From Candidatus Omnitrophota bacterium (GTDB lineage Bacteria > Omnitrophota > Gorgyraeia > Duberdicusellales > 4484-171), in assembly GCA_003154195.1 (NCBI GenBank), contig PMCS01000006.1:17676-81675 (forward strand): a stretch of DNA of 64,000 nucleotides, written 5' to 3'. The notes under the pieces were generated by a model. That model saw only the letters and a list, made by a program, of their open reading frames with translations, ran no database searches and was not told the origin of the DNA. Below, in pieces: positions 19,162-28,033 of this stretch; the stretch's first letter is position 1; each line of letters opens with the position of its first letter. The position numbers were made by a program, and so were the translations under genes.

Positions 19162-19800
19162 ATGGCTAGTTTGGAAAAATCGGGATTAGAAATTGTCGCC
19201 AAATTAATGTCAATATCTGCTAGGACCGCTCCAAAGTCCGGCGGTATTGACCATGTACATATAATGGTTGCGTCTTCCAGTAAACAAAAATCTATCGCTG
19301 GCATGATGAAAAAAGTTGCAGAACAAATTTGTCAAAAATTACCAAATAGCAAGCTTGGAAATGCAATAAAAGAAGATTGGGAAAGTGATGCCAGTAGTAT
19401 CATAGAATCCGGCCTTCTGGTGCTAATAGGAGTTGAAGGTAGAAAAGCAATAGGTCTGAATTGTGGAGGATGTGGATTTTCTACCTGTTCAGAAATGTTA
19501 AAACATCGTCGAATTTCCTTAACAGAACATAGTCTTATTGGTCCTTATTGTATTTTTAAAGTAATGGATTTAAGTATTGCGTCAGCATCAGCAGTTAAAA
19601 CTGCAATGGAACACAATGTTGATAACCGTATGATGTATAAAGCAGGAGTTGCGGCTTTAAAATTAGGTATTTTAAATCCATGTGATTTAATAATGGGCAT
19701 ACCGCTATCAGCGACAGGAAAAAATATTTATTTTGATAGAACAGATAAACTTGATGCATGGAAGGTAATCAAATCGAATAAAAATAATAAAGAACCATAA
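19162..19800 (+). CDS. DUF2148-type ferredoxin-domain protein (cassette 7)
   Basis: SARTAPKSGGID, NCGGCGFSTC, VDNRMMY, GIPLSATGKNIYFDR; AGGAGG RBS; stop codon lies in the inverse core site. Confidence 0.85.
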   Translation: MASLEKSGLEIVAKLMSISARTAPKSGGIDHVHIMVASSSKQKSIAGMMKKVAEQICQKLPNSKLGNAIKEDWESDASSIIESGLLVLIGVEGRKAIGLNCGGCGFSTCSEMLKHRRISLTEHSLIGPYCIFKVMDLSIASASAVKTAMEHNVDNRMMYKAGVAALKLGILNPCDLIMGIPLSATGKNIYFDRTDKLDAWKVIKSNKNNKEP

Positions 19801-19855
19801 CAATTTCATCCAGCGGATTTTGCCTGCGGCAAAACCGCTGATTATTGTGTTATGC
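19795..19855 (+). other. attC site 7
   Basis: CCATAAC aattt catccagcggattttgcc-tgc-ggcaaaaccgctgatt attgt GTTATGC. Confidence 0.92.
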
Positions 19856-20202
19856 AAATATTAATAATTATACTGATAATTGTCGGGCTAATTGCAATTG
19901 GCAATATTTATAGTTTCATAAAATATTTAAATGCCGCAACGGAGCATGAAAAACAGGAAAACTATAAAGAAGCTTGTTTTTCATATTCTCAGCTTTTATT
20001 GCACTCTTTGTTCTCGAAAATCCACGGAACATATTACAAAATGAAAATTCAATCGTTGTGGAATACCAATGGTCCTTTTGATTATGAATATAAATACAAC
20101 AATATCATACAAAACAGAGAAGATACCGGTGACAACGAAATAGAATTAAGAGATACCATACAATACATTGGTAAAATTGTTGACGAAAATAAAAATGCAT
20201 AA
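19852..20202 (+). CDS. Hypothetical protein with N-terminal TM segment (cassette 8)
   Basis: ATG lies within the core site GTTATGC and TAA within the inverse core GCATAAC, so the ORF fills the cassette exactly. Confidence 0.75.
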   Translation: MQILIIILIIVGLIAIGNIYSFIKYLNAATEHEKQENYKEACFSYSQLLLHSLFSKIHGTYYKMKIQSLWNTNGPFDYEYKYNNIIQNREDTGDNEIELRDTIQYIGKIVDENKNA

Positions 20203-20261
20203 CAACTCCTTTCAGCGTACGTCAGGGCTGCGCCCTGCCACCGCTGAAGCCGATGTTATAG
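20197..20261 (+). other. attC site 8
   Basis: GCATAAC aactc ctttcagcgtacgtcagggc-tgc-gccctgccaccgctgaag ccgat GTTATAG. Confidence 0.92.
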
Positions 20262-20270
20262 GAGGGAAAA

Positions 20271-20912
20271 ATGCGGAAATTATTTTTAGCGATTATCTTT
20301 TCTTTATTTTGGCCGGGAGCAACTGGTCCTTATATTCTTTATGCGCAGTCAACAGAGCTTTCCCAGGATAAAAACGGAAATCTTGAACTTCACGTGGTAA
20401 CAGATGAAAACGTTGATATCAAGGTGTTTATTGATGATAAGCTTGCGGTGGACGAACAGTTTCACAAACAGCGAGAAAAATATTCTATAGGAATTGCTCC
20501 ACATAAGGTATTTTGTTTTAATCTTCAACCGGGCAAACATACGCTGTGGGCTGAGGCCAACCCGGGAAAACAGAGTTTTGCGGGTGAGTTTGAAATAAGG
20601 GATAAAGGAGTTGTGATAACACAAAGCTTCGGCCTATTCAATGTTGGCGCCGAGACCGTATTCGACGACTTAATAAAGAACGGCTATATTGACGTTAATG
20701 GTATAATCCGGGAAAAGTTTAAACAGATTGCAGAGTACTCCCAAATGAAGTTAAGCCAAGACTATCGCGACTGGGAAAAACAAAAGATTTATAACATTTT
20801 GCGACAGAGCGATAAACGATGGCTTTCGCTTAGTTACGTTGATCCTCAACGGATAAAGCAAAAGGAACAATTTACTTTGGAAGCGTACGATTGGCAGATT
20901 ATGTATCAATGA
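20271..20912 (+). CDS. Hypothetical exported protein (cassette 9)
   Basis: GGAGG RBS, signal peptide-like N-terminus, beta-rich segment (NLQPGKHTLWAE). Confidence 0.78.
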   Translation: MRKLFLAIIFSLFWPGATGPYILYAQSTELSQDKNGNLELHVVTDENVDIKVFIDDKLAVDEQFHKQREKYSIGIAPHKVFCFNLQPGKHTLWAEANPGKQSFAGEFEIRDKGVVITQSFGLFNVGAETVFDDLIKNGYIDVNGIIREKFKQIAEYSQMKLSQDYRDWEKQKIYNILRQSDKRWLSLSYVDPQRIKQKEQFTLEAYDWQIMYQ

Positions 20913-20995
20913 TTGCCTTCGCCGGATAACTCGACTGTGATTTTATTAAAAAATAAAGAAGAACACCCAAGAAAACAAAATTTGGGAAAAAAACC

Positions 20996-21071
20996 CTATA
21001 ACAAATCAATCAACCGGACTTTTTCGCGGCTTTTTAAAGCCGCTCAAAAGCCGGTTATTTCTATGTTGCGC
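20996..21071 (+). other. attC site 9
   Basis: CTATAAC aaatc aatcaaccggactttttcgcggcttt-tt-aaagccgctcaaaagccggttatt tctat GTTGCGC. Confidence 0.92.
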
Positions 21072-21506
21072 GAAATCCAAATAATATAGAATCAGTATTT
21101 ATTAATGAGACTTCGTCGAACGAACGTGCGAAGTGCATTCAGTGAGGCGGTAGTGAAACTTATCCTGCCGTATTCGGCGGGATGTAGTTGAACTATCCCC
21201 GCAGGGGGTAGTCGAATTAGCGCAACGCGGAGCTCAGGCTTCGCCGTTCCGCGCTTTGTCGCGCCTAAATTAAAAAATCGTACGCGCACGCGAAGCACCT
21301 TAATGTAAGCATGCAGCGAGTCCCGCCGTAGGCGGGGACAAATCGCTTCCGCCAAAAACAAGATACGGCGGACAGGCCATCGGAAATCGCGTATAAGTAC
21401 GCGGATAAACCTGCCACCTATATCATTTAATAGTAAGCAGGCTTATCCGCTACCTTGATAGCGCAATGGAGTTTATCCTGAGCGAAGTCGAAGGGCTGAG
21501 CTCCGC
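21065..21506 (+). other. ORF-less cassette, copy 3, heavily invaded; degenerate attC10 ends GGTAGAA 21507-21513
   Basis: Colinear with copies 1 and 2; additional inserts including cctgagcgaagtcgaaggg. Confidence 0.75.
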
Positions 21507-21598
21507 GGTAGAACTATATGAAAAATAAAGTCGTAAATTTTACCGCAAAAACACAGCAAATATGTTATAATTTAGCCAAGAACATAGGAGGAATAAAA

Positions 21599-21778
21599 AT
21601 GAGCCCAATAAAATTAGAAGCAAAAAAATTGATCAGCCGTTTACCGGACAGCGCGACATGGGACGACATACTTTACGAATTCCATGTTAAAAGGAAAATC
21701 GATATTGCCCTCGATGCTGTAAAGAGTGGCAAAATTATTTCTCACGAACAAGCTAAAAAGCGCCTGTTATCAAAATGA
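21599..21778 (+). CDS. Putative type II antitoxin (cassette 11)
   Basis: 59 aa, LISRLPDSATWDDILY ... ISHEQAKKRL; AGGAGG RBS; 4-bp overlap with the toxin. Confidence 0.8.
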   Translation: MSPIKLEAKKLISRLPDSATWDDILYEFHVKRKIDIALDAVKSGKIISHEQAKKRLLSK

Positions 21779-22068
21779 CAATACTCTGGTCAGAGCCATC
21801 CATTTCGGATTTAAAAAATATTAAAGACTATATCGCCAAAGACTCCCCTTATTATGCCGCCATCTTTATTGAAAAAATAATTACCGCCGTCGAAAAACTT
21901 GCCACCCTTCCACTCGTCGGACGCATCGTTACTGAATGTAACGACAAACACATAAGAGAAGTAATATATCAACACTACCGAATAATTTACAAAATTAATC
22001 ATAAAGCCCTCATCATCTTAACCGTGGTGCATGGCGGCCGTGATTTGTCCGGCTGGGCTAAAAAATAA
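21775..22068 (+). CDS. RelE/ParE family toxin
   Basis: ILWSEPSISDLKNIKDYIAKDS, PLVGR, YRIIY, LTVVHGGRDL. Confidence 0.9.
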   Translation: MTILWSEPSISDLKNIKDYIAKDSPYYAAIFIEKIITAVEKLATLPLVGRIVTECNDKHIREVIYQHYRIIYKINHKALIILTVVHGGRDLSGWAKK

Positions 22069-22074
22069 TCAAAT

Positions 22075-22135
22075 TGCTAACCGATCAATCCAGCGAGATC
22101 TCGCCAAAGGCGGACTGCTGATTTATGCGTTGCGC
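22075..22135 (+). other. attC site 11 (terminal)
   Basis: TGCTAAC cgatc aatccagcgagatctcgcc-aaa-ggcggactgctgatt tatgc GTTGCGC. Confidence 0.88.
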
Positions 22136-22248
22136 GAAATATAATTACTAAAGGTGATCATGTAATGGAGAAATCTCGGCTTCTACTAAAAGAAGTATTT
22201 TCTATCCGCGAAGCGGGCGGCATTTATTTTTTACGGAGTAAAAAATAA

Positions 22249-23871
22249 ATGAATTTTGCTCAGTTCCAAAAACCCCAGCGCTATATCGGCAATGAGTGGA
22301 ATGTCGTCAAAAAAGATCATGCCGGTAGGATAAAAATATGCCTGTCTTACCCTGATACCTACGAAATCGGGATGAGCAATCTAGGTTTACGCATCATCTA
22401 TTCCCTGCTTAACGATTTCGACGATGTTGTTTGCGAGCGGGTTTTCCTGCCCGACGATGATTTTGCCGCGTTTTTCCGAAATTCCCAAGCCCCGCTTTTT
22501 TCCCTGGAGACAAAAACTGCGTTAAAAGATTTCGAGGTTATCGGTTTTAATCTAAGCTGCGAACTTAATCTCACTAATTTTTTAGATATTCTTTCTTTGG
22601 GAGGCATTCCGCTATTGGCCGCCGAGCGCGAGAAAGTGATTATTGTGGGGGGAGGCATTGCCAATCCTGAACCGGTAGCGGATTTTGTCGATGTGTTTTT
22701 TATGGGAGAGTTTGAAGATTCTGCCGCCGCTTTTGTCGAGGTTTTGCGCAAAGTCAAAGATAAAGAGGAACGCCTTAAGGCGCTGGCGCAAATCGACGGG
22801 TTCTATGTCCCGAAATTTTACGCTGCCGGTTTTAACGGCGCTAAATATTCTTTTGAAAAAAAATACGCTGCTGCGAATTTTCCCATCCGCCGCATGTTTG
22901 TAAAAGATTTCAATAACGCGCCTCATCCGGATAAATGGCTTGTTCCTTATGGGCAGATTGTCCATGACCGCGTCCAGGTCGAGATCGCCCGCGGATGCCC
23001 CAACGCCTGCGTTTTTTGCCAGGCACGCGCGGTTTACCGCCCTTATCGCGAGCGGAGCATCCCGGCGATCATGGATATTTTAAGAAAAAGTTACGAGAAT
23101 AGCGGTTATGAGGAATTTACCCTGCTGGCGCTCTCCGTATCGAATTATTCCCATATTGAGGAACTGATCGATGAAAGCATCGATTATTTTAAAGATAAGA
23201 AGGTAGGACTATCGCTGCCATCTTTACGCGTGGATGATATTCTGGGCCGCCTGCATTCCAAGCTTTCAAGCATAAAAAATAGTTCCTTAACGGTTGCGGT
23301 AGAGGCGGCCAGGGATTGTCTGCGCGATAAATTAAATAAGAAAATAGATTTAGCGAAGCTTTTTGAGGCAGGGCAAATCCTGCGCGCGTTAAAAATAAGA
23401 AAGGCCAAGCTTTATTTCATGTTCGGATTTTCCGATGAAACCGATGAAGATTTAGCCGCGATCGGTAAGTTTTTGCACGAATTGAGCTATAAGACGCGGT
23501 TGAATTTAAACGTGAGTATTAATGTGTTTGTGCCTAAGCCTTTTTCCCTGTGGGAGGGTGAAAAAATGGATAGTGAGGAAACCCTGCTCAATAAACGGCA
23601 AATTATCCTTAACCACGCTCCGGCGGTAAGATATATCGATATTTCGATATCGTCGATAAAGAAAAGTATTTTTGAAGGTATCGTGAGCCGTGCCGATCGA
23701 AGTTTTTCCCGTGTTTTGCTTAACGCCTACAGGAAAGGAGCGCGCCGCGATTCCAGTTCCGAGCGCTTTAACTGGGATATCTGGGAAGCGGCGATGAAGG
23801 AGGAAGGATTCGACTGGCATTTTTGTTTAGAGGCGAAAACGGAGAATCATCCGTGGAATATTATTGAATAA
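22249..23871 (+). CDS. B12-binding-like radical SAM protein (TIGR03960-like)
   Basis: KPQRYIGNE, YEIGMSNLG, EIARGCPNACVFCQA (CxxxCxxC). Confidence 0.9.
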   Translation: MNFAQFQKPQRYIGNEWNVVKKDHAGRIKICLSYPDTYEIGMSNLGLRIIYSLLNDFDDVVCERVFLPDDDFAAFFRNSQAPLFSLETKTALKDFEVIGFNLSCELNLTNFLDILSLGGIPLLAAEREKVIIVGGGIANPEPVADFVDVFFMGEFEDSAAAFVEVLRKVKDKEERLKALAQIDGFYVPKFYAAGFNGAKYSFEKKYAAANFPIRRMFVKDFNNAPHPDKWLVPYGQIVHDRVQVEIARGCPNACVFCQARAVYRPYRERSIPAIMDILRKSYENSGYEEFTLLALSVSNYSHIEELIDESIDYFKDKKVGLSLPSLRVDDILGRLHSKLSSIKNSSLTVAVEAARDCLRDKLNKKIDLAKLFEAGQILRALKIRKAKLYFMFGFSDETDEDLAAIGKFLHELSYKTRLNLNVSINVFVPKPFSLWEGEKMDSEETLLNKRQIILNHAPAVRYIDISISSIKKSIFEGIVSRADRSFSRVLLNAYRKGARRDSSSERFNWDIWEAAMKEEGFDWHFCLEAKTENHPWNIIE

Positions 23872-23877
23872 AATATT

Positions 23878-23961
23878 GTAGGGGCAGGGTCACCCTGCCC
23901 GGATAAACAATCGATAATTTTCGCCAAATAAAATAATCGGGCGGGGAAACCCAGCCCCTAC
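23878..23961. repeat. Inverted GTAG REP pair (REPIN-like)
   Basis: GTAGGGGCAGGGTCACCCTGCCC ... GGGCGGGGAAACCCAGCCCCTAC. Confidence 0.85.
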
Positions 23962-23993
23962 AATCTTTTCGTGGTTAACCTGATAAATTTTAC

Positions 23994-24305
23994 ATGGACA
24001 TTCAGAAATACCCCATCAAAGTTACCTTGCATAAACGCGGCGAGATGATTTATTTCTCCCAGCTCGATATGGTGCGTATTTTAGAACGCGCTTTGCGCCG
24101 GGCCGGCCTTCCGATATATTTCACCCAGGGGTTTAACCCCCATGTTAAATTAAGTTTTTTAAACGGGCTCAAGCTCGGCGTGGATGGCAGCTTGGAGGTT
24201 GTTTTGTATTTTACGCAAAAAATCGAACCGGATTCTGTGCGGCAAAAACTTATTCCGCAGTTACCGGAAGGTTTGGATATTATCGGCTGTGAGGTAAAAA
24301 ATTAG
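23994..24305 (+). CDS. Radical SAM-linked protein (TIGR03936/DUF2344-like), short form
   Basis: YFSQLDMVRILERALRRAGLP, FTQGFNPH, LPEGL. Confidence 0.88.
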   Translation: MDIQKYPIKVTLHKRGEMIYFSQLDMVRILERALRRAGLPIYFTQGFNPHVKLSFLNGLKLGVDGSLEVVLYFTQKIEPDSVRQKLIPQLPEGLDIIGCEVKN

Positions 24306-24326
24306 TCATCGGGCAGTTTGTCTTAT

Positions 24327-24367
24327 AAGTTAAAAAACCCGCTTTTTGAAAGCGGGTTTTTTAACTT
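24327..24367. terminator. Bidirectional intrinsic terminator
   Basis: aaaaaacccgcttt-ttg-aaagcgggtttttt between convergent genes. Confidence 0.85.
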
Positions 24368-24391
24368 ATCCACCGATGACTATGTAAAAAA

Positions 24392-24754
24392 TTATCGTAC
24401 GATATATCTTGTTCTTATGCTTTGTGCTTTGAAAAATTCCTTGGTAAATTTAGCCGCTAATCTATAGTCGTAAGGTTTGCAGGAAAACACATTGAGGTAC
24501 GCTTTTAACCAGTATTCGCTGAAATGGCCGGTAATCGAGCTGGTTTCAATGAATTGTAAGAGCGAATACCCTTTTGTTTGAGGTTTTTCCAACCCGAAAT
24601 AGGGCAGTTGAACTCCCTTATATTTTTTCATATCAATAAGCTTGCATAGTCTATCGACATATTCGGCAAGTTTTTTCTTGGAACTCATAACTGCGATGTC
24701 ACAATCCGAAAGATCCATGATCAGTTCAAAACCAAAAGTCCTTTCTTTACCCAT
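24392..24754 (-). CDS. Pyruvoyl-dependent decarboxylase of the AdoMetDC/SpeD family
   Basis: ELIMDLSDC, QFIETSSITGHF (self-cleavage region), NVFSCKPY. Confidence 0.85.
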   Translation of the reverse strand: MGKERTFGFELIMDLSDCDIAVMSSKKKLAEYVDRLCKLIDMKKYKGVQLPYFGLEKPQTKGYSLLQFIETSSITGHFSEYWLKAYLNVFSCKPYDYRLAAKFTKEFFKAQSIRTRYIVR

Positions 24755-25016
24755 TACCTTTGCCCTCCAAAGTGTTTAGTGATTATTAGTCGGTATATTA
24801 ACTTTTTGTTTCTTGAGGCCTGCGTGATTTATTATAGTTAGGAAAGTATTTTCTACCCTTAGAGGCGCAAATACTTTTCTGGACCATATAAAGAATCACT
24901 TTCTTATAACATATTTTTTTATTCTTTGCAATATATTTTTTTGCTAGTTCTTTTAACGATTGCGCAAAGCGTACTCCGCGTGGGCAGTAGTGAAATTTAG
25001 ACGTTTAGCGCGATTT

Positions 25017-25078
25017 ACCCCGTTAGAGAAAGCCGCCGTCGGCGCAGACCGTTAGAGAGCGAAGTTCTCTAACGGGGT
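25017..25078. repeat. Small terminal-inverted-repeat element overlapping the CASDH stop codon
   Basis: accccgttagaga ... tctctaacggggt. Confidence 0.7.
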
Positions 25079-26322
25079 TTACTTTTTTTTGCGCGTGGCG
25101 CGGGAAACTTTTTTTCTTGTATTTGCGTCGGCAGTCCTATTTCGCCTAATAATCCCAGGAACGGTACCGGGTCTAATTCTTCTACGTTGACCATTGTTTT
25201 GGGATCCCAAATGCCTTTGGCGATAAGCATTGCCGCGGCTACCGGCGGTACGCCGGCGGTATAGGATATCGCCTGTGATTCAACTTCCCCATAGCATTCC
25301 GCGTGATCGCAGATATTGTAAATAAAAATCTCTTTTTTCCTGCCGTTTTTTACGCCCTGGACAAGAGTGCCGATACAGGTTTTTCCCGTATAATTGGGCG
25401 CAAGTGAAGACGGGTCAGGCAACAGGGATTTTAAAACTTTTAGCGGTACGACTTCTATCCCTTCAGCGGTTTTGATCGGCTTTTCCGAAGTTAAACCCAG
25501 ATTAGTCAATACGGTAAATACATTTATATAGTGGTCGCTAAATCCCATCCAGAAGCGGATGGAGTTGGCGTTGATATTTCTTGCCAGGGAGTGCAGCTCG
25601 TCGTGGCCGTTCAGGTAAATGGGCATTTTACCGACTACCGGAAAATCATATATTTTTTTGATTGAATGGACTTTTTCGGCTACCCATTTTCGGTCAGCCC
25701 ACGTCCAGACTTTTTTGAATTCCCGGAAATTTATTTCCGGGTCGAAATTGGTGGCAAAATATTTTCCGTGGTTTCCGGCGTTGACGTCCATGATGTCGAT
25801 TGTATCAATCGTATCGAGGTATTTTTTAGCCGCCAAAGCGCAATAGGCGTTTACTACTCCCGGGTCAAAGCCGGCGCCTAGTATCGCGGTAATGCCCTTT
25901 TCTCTGCAGCGGTCTTTGCGTTTCCACTCGTAGTTGGCGTACCACGGCGGGTCTTCGCATACTTTATTCGGTTCTTCATGGATGGCCGTATCGATGTAGG
26001 CGGCGCCTGTCTGGAGACAAGCCTCGAGAACCGACATATTTATATAAGCCTGGCCTAAATTGATTACAATCTTGGAGTTGGTTTTATGTATTAAGCTGAC
26101 GGTGGCGGGGACATCCAGGGCGTTAACCTGTCGGGAGTATATTCTTTTTGTTTTAATTTTTATGCTGTTTTTTCGTTTAACACTGTCAATGATCGCTTCG
26201 CATTTACTCGGCGTTCGGGAAGCGATGCAGATATCTCCTAATACGTCATTGTTTTGCGCGCATTTATGCGCGGCGACATGGGCAACCCCCCCGGCGCCGA
26301 TGATCAGTATGTTATTTTTCAT
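25069..26322 (-). CDS. Carboxy(nor)spermidine dehydrogenase (saccharopine dehydrogenase family)
   Basis: IIGAGGV, YIDTA, GFDPG, FATNFDPEINFRE, SQAISYTAG; adjacent to CASDC. Confidence 0.92.
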   Translation of the reverse strand: MKNNILIIGAGGVAHVAAHKCAQNNDVLGDICIASRTPSKCEAIIDSVKRKNSIKIKTKRIYSRQVNALDVPATVSLIHKTNSKIVINLGQAYINMSVLEACLQTGAAYIDTAIHEEPNKVCEDPPWYANYEWKRKDRCREKGITAILGAGFDPGVVNAYCALAAKKYLDTIDTIDIMDVNAGNHGKYFATNFDPEINFREFKKVWTWADRKWVAEKVHSIKKIYDFPVVGKMPIYLNGHDELHSLARNINANSIRFWMGFSDHYINVFTVLTNLGLTSEKPIKTAEGIEVVPLKVLKSLLPDPSSLAPNYTGKTCIGTLVQGVKNGRKKEIFIYNICDHAECYGEVESQAISYTAGVPPVAAAMLIAKGIWDPKTMVNVEELDPVPFLGLLGEIGLPTQIQEKKFPAPRAKKSKPR

Positions 26323-26396
26323 AGTTATTTTTCCTCCTCAATTTTTCCCGATATATCGGGAAAAATTGACCCTGAGGCCAAAAAGGCCGAAGAGCC

Positions 26397-27509
26397 TTAA
26401 GATAAATTACTTACGAAATCTTTATACCCAAAACGCCGCGCTACTTCTATTTCTCCATTAAGCCTTTTCACGACAATCGAGGGCATCGCCAGTCCGTTAA
26501 ACCAATTTTTTTTGACCATGGTGTAGCCGGCGGCGTCAGAAATTTTAATTATGCTGCCTATTTTCAACCGTGATTTGAAGCGGTAAGTCCCGAAAATATC
26601 TCCCGCCAGGCAGGAGCGGCCGGCAATCATGTATTTAAACCGCCCCCGGCCGGAATTTTCGATTTTTGCGTTTAATCGATAAATCAATAAATCAAGCATA
26701 TGCGCTTCCGTTGAGGCGTCAATGACGGCGATATCTATTTCGTTATGGACAATATCTACGACTTGGGTTATCAGTTCAGTAGTGCCGGTTACCGCGGATT
26801 CGCCCGGTTCCAGGTACACTTGAACTTTAAAACGTTCGCTGAATTCTTTCAACCGTTTAGCGAATTTTTCTACCGGATAACCGTCGCGGGTAAAGAAAAT
26901 TCCGCCTCCCAGGCTCACCCATTTCAGTTTTTTCAATAAATCCGAGTATCCTCGGCTGATGGAATCGAGGTTCAGGGAAAAGTTTGAAAAATCATCATTC
27001 TCGCAGTTAAAATGAAACATTGCCCCGTTAAGAAGGGGGGATATTTTTAGAAGAATTTTTTTATCACGGACGCCTAACCGGGAATATTGCCGCGCCGGAT
27101 CGGCCAAGTCAAAGTGAGAATAGCTTACCCCGGGGTTTACCCGCAATCCGATTTCTAATCTGCGCACATCGTTGTAAAATAACTTTAATTGCGATATCGA
27201 ATTAAAAATAACCTTATCGGCGATTTTTTTAATCGTGTCGATGTCGGTTTTATTGAATCCTACGCTGTAAGCGTGTACTTCTTTGCCGAATTTTTCATGG
27301 CCGAGGCGGGCTTCATAAGGAGAGCTTGAAGTTGTGCCGTCCAGGTATTGTTTCATCAGGCCGAAAGAACACCATGTAGAAAAACACTTTAGCGCCAGCA
27401 CTACCTTCGCGCCGGAAATATTCTTGACGTATCCGATGATTTTTAAATTTCTTAATAATTTGCGTTCATCAATCAGGTAATAGGGCGTTTCGGGAAGTGT
27501 GTTTTGCAT
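26397..27509 (-). CDS. nspC: Carboxynorspermidine decarboxylase
   Basis: TPYYLIDE, LALKCFS (PLP lysine), YLEPGE, SCLAGD, YTMVKKNWFNG. Confidence 0.93.
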   Translation of the reverse strand: MQNTLPETPYYLIDERKLLRNLKIIGYVKNISGAKVVLALKCFSTWCSFGLMKQYLDGTTSSSPYEARLGHEKFGKEVHAYSVGFNKTDIDTIKKIADKVIFNSISQLKLFYNDVRRLEIGLRVNPGVSYSHFDLADPARQYSRLGVRDKKILLKISPLLNGAMFHFNCENDDFSNFSLNLDSISRGYSDLLKKLKWVSLGGGIFFTRDGYPVEKFAKRLKEFSERFKVQVYLEPGESAVTGTTELITQVVDIVHNEIDIAVIDASTEAHMLDLLIYRLNAKIENSGRGRFKYMIAGRSCLAGDIFGTYRFKSRLKIGSIIKISDAAGYTMVKKNWFNGLAMPSIVVKRLNGEIEVARRFGYKDFVSNLS

Positions 27510-27965
27510 TTTTTAAATAAACGTTCCGGCTGTTTTTGCCATCCTGTTTCAGGCAAAAAAATTTTTACATTGTATACTTTTCACACAATACATCTACAAA
27601 AATTATCTTAACAACATTTGATTGCACTTGCAAGAAATTTTTTAATGAGCGCATTATTTTTTCTAGTGTACTCACGACGAAAAAATAATAGCGCGAATTA
27701 TCCAAAACCGTAGGCGCGCTTAGAGCGCGACTTCAGGTTTTGGGTAATGAGGCTTCGCCGAAATCAAGCGCGAAGCGCGCAGGTTGAGGCGGTAGCCGAA
27801 CTTCCCGCCTGCGCTTCACTCGGCGGGATCACGCTTCCTTGATATAACCATATTAGGAAGGCGGTGAACCTCGAGCGAGGAGCGAAGCGACGAGTCGAGG
27901 GATAATGAGCCTTAATTTTTTTCCGCCTATGGCGGGAAAAAAATCCAGGTCTTATTAATAAATAT

Positions 27966-27993
27966 TTGACAAAAAATAAAATATGCTTACAAT
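27966..27993 (+). promoter_or_regulatory. sigma70-type promoter with a nearby palindrome (possible ArsR operator)
   Basis: TTGACA-16 bp-TACAAT; atattcgaatat palindrome just downstream. Confidence 0.55.
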
Positions 27994-28033
27994 ATAGTTT
28001 TCTATATTCGAATATTGAGGAATAAGGAAATAT

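Larger units (their letters stand above)
14882..22135 (+). mobile_element. Integron gene-cassette array, 11 cassettes, no intI in window (CALIN-like)
   Basis: Eight cassettes start with a GTT heptamer exactly complementary to their own terminal AAC heptamer; the rest (4, 10, 11) are degenerate; 11 attC-like hairpins; all ORFs co-oriented. Confidence 0.93.

Noticed and set aside
14882-22135. CRISPR array
   Set aside because: Repeats are imperfect hairpins separated by gene-sized spacers and there are no cas genes; the pattern fits attC cassettes
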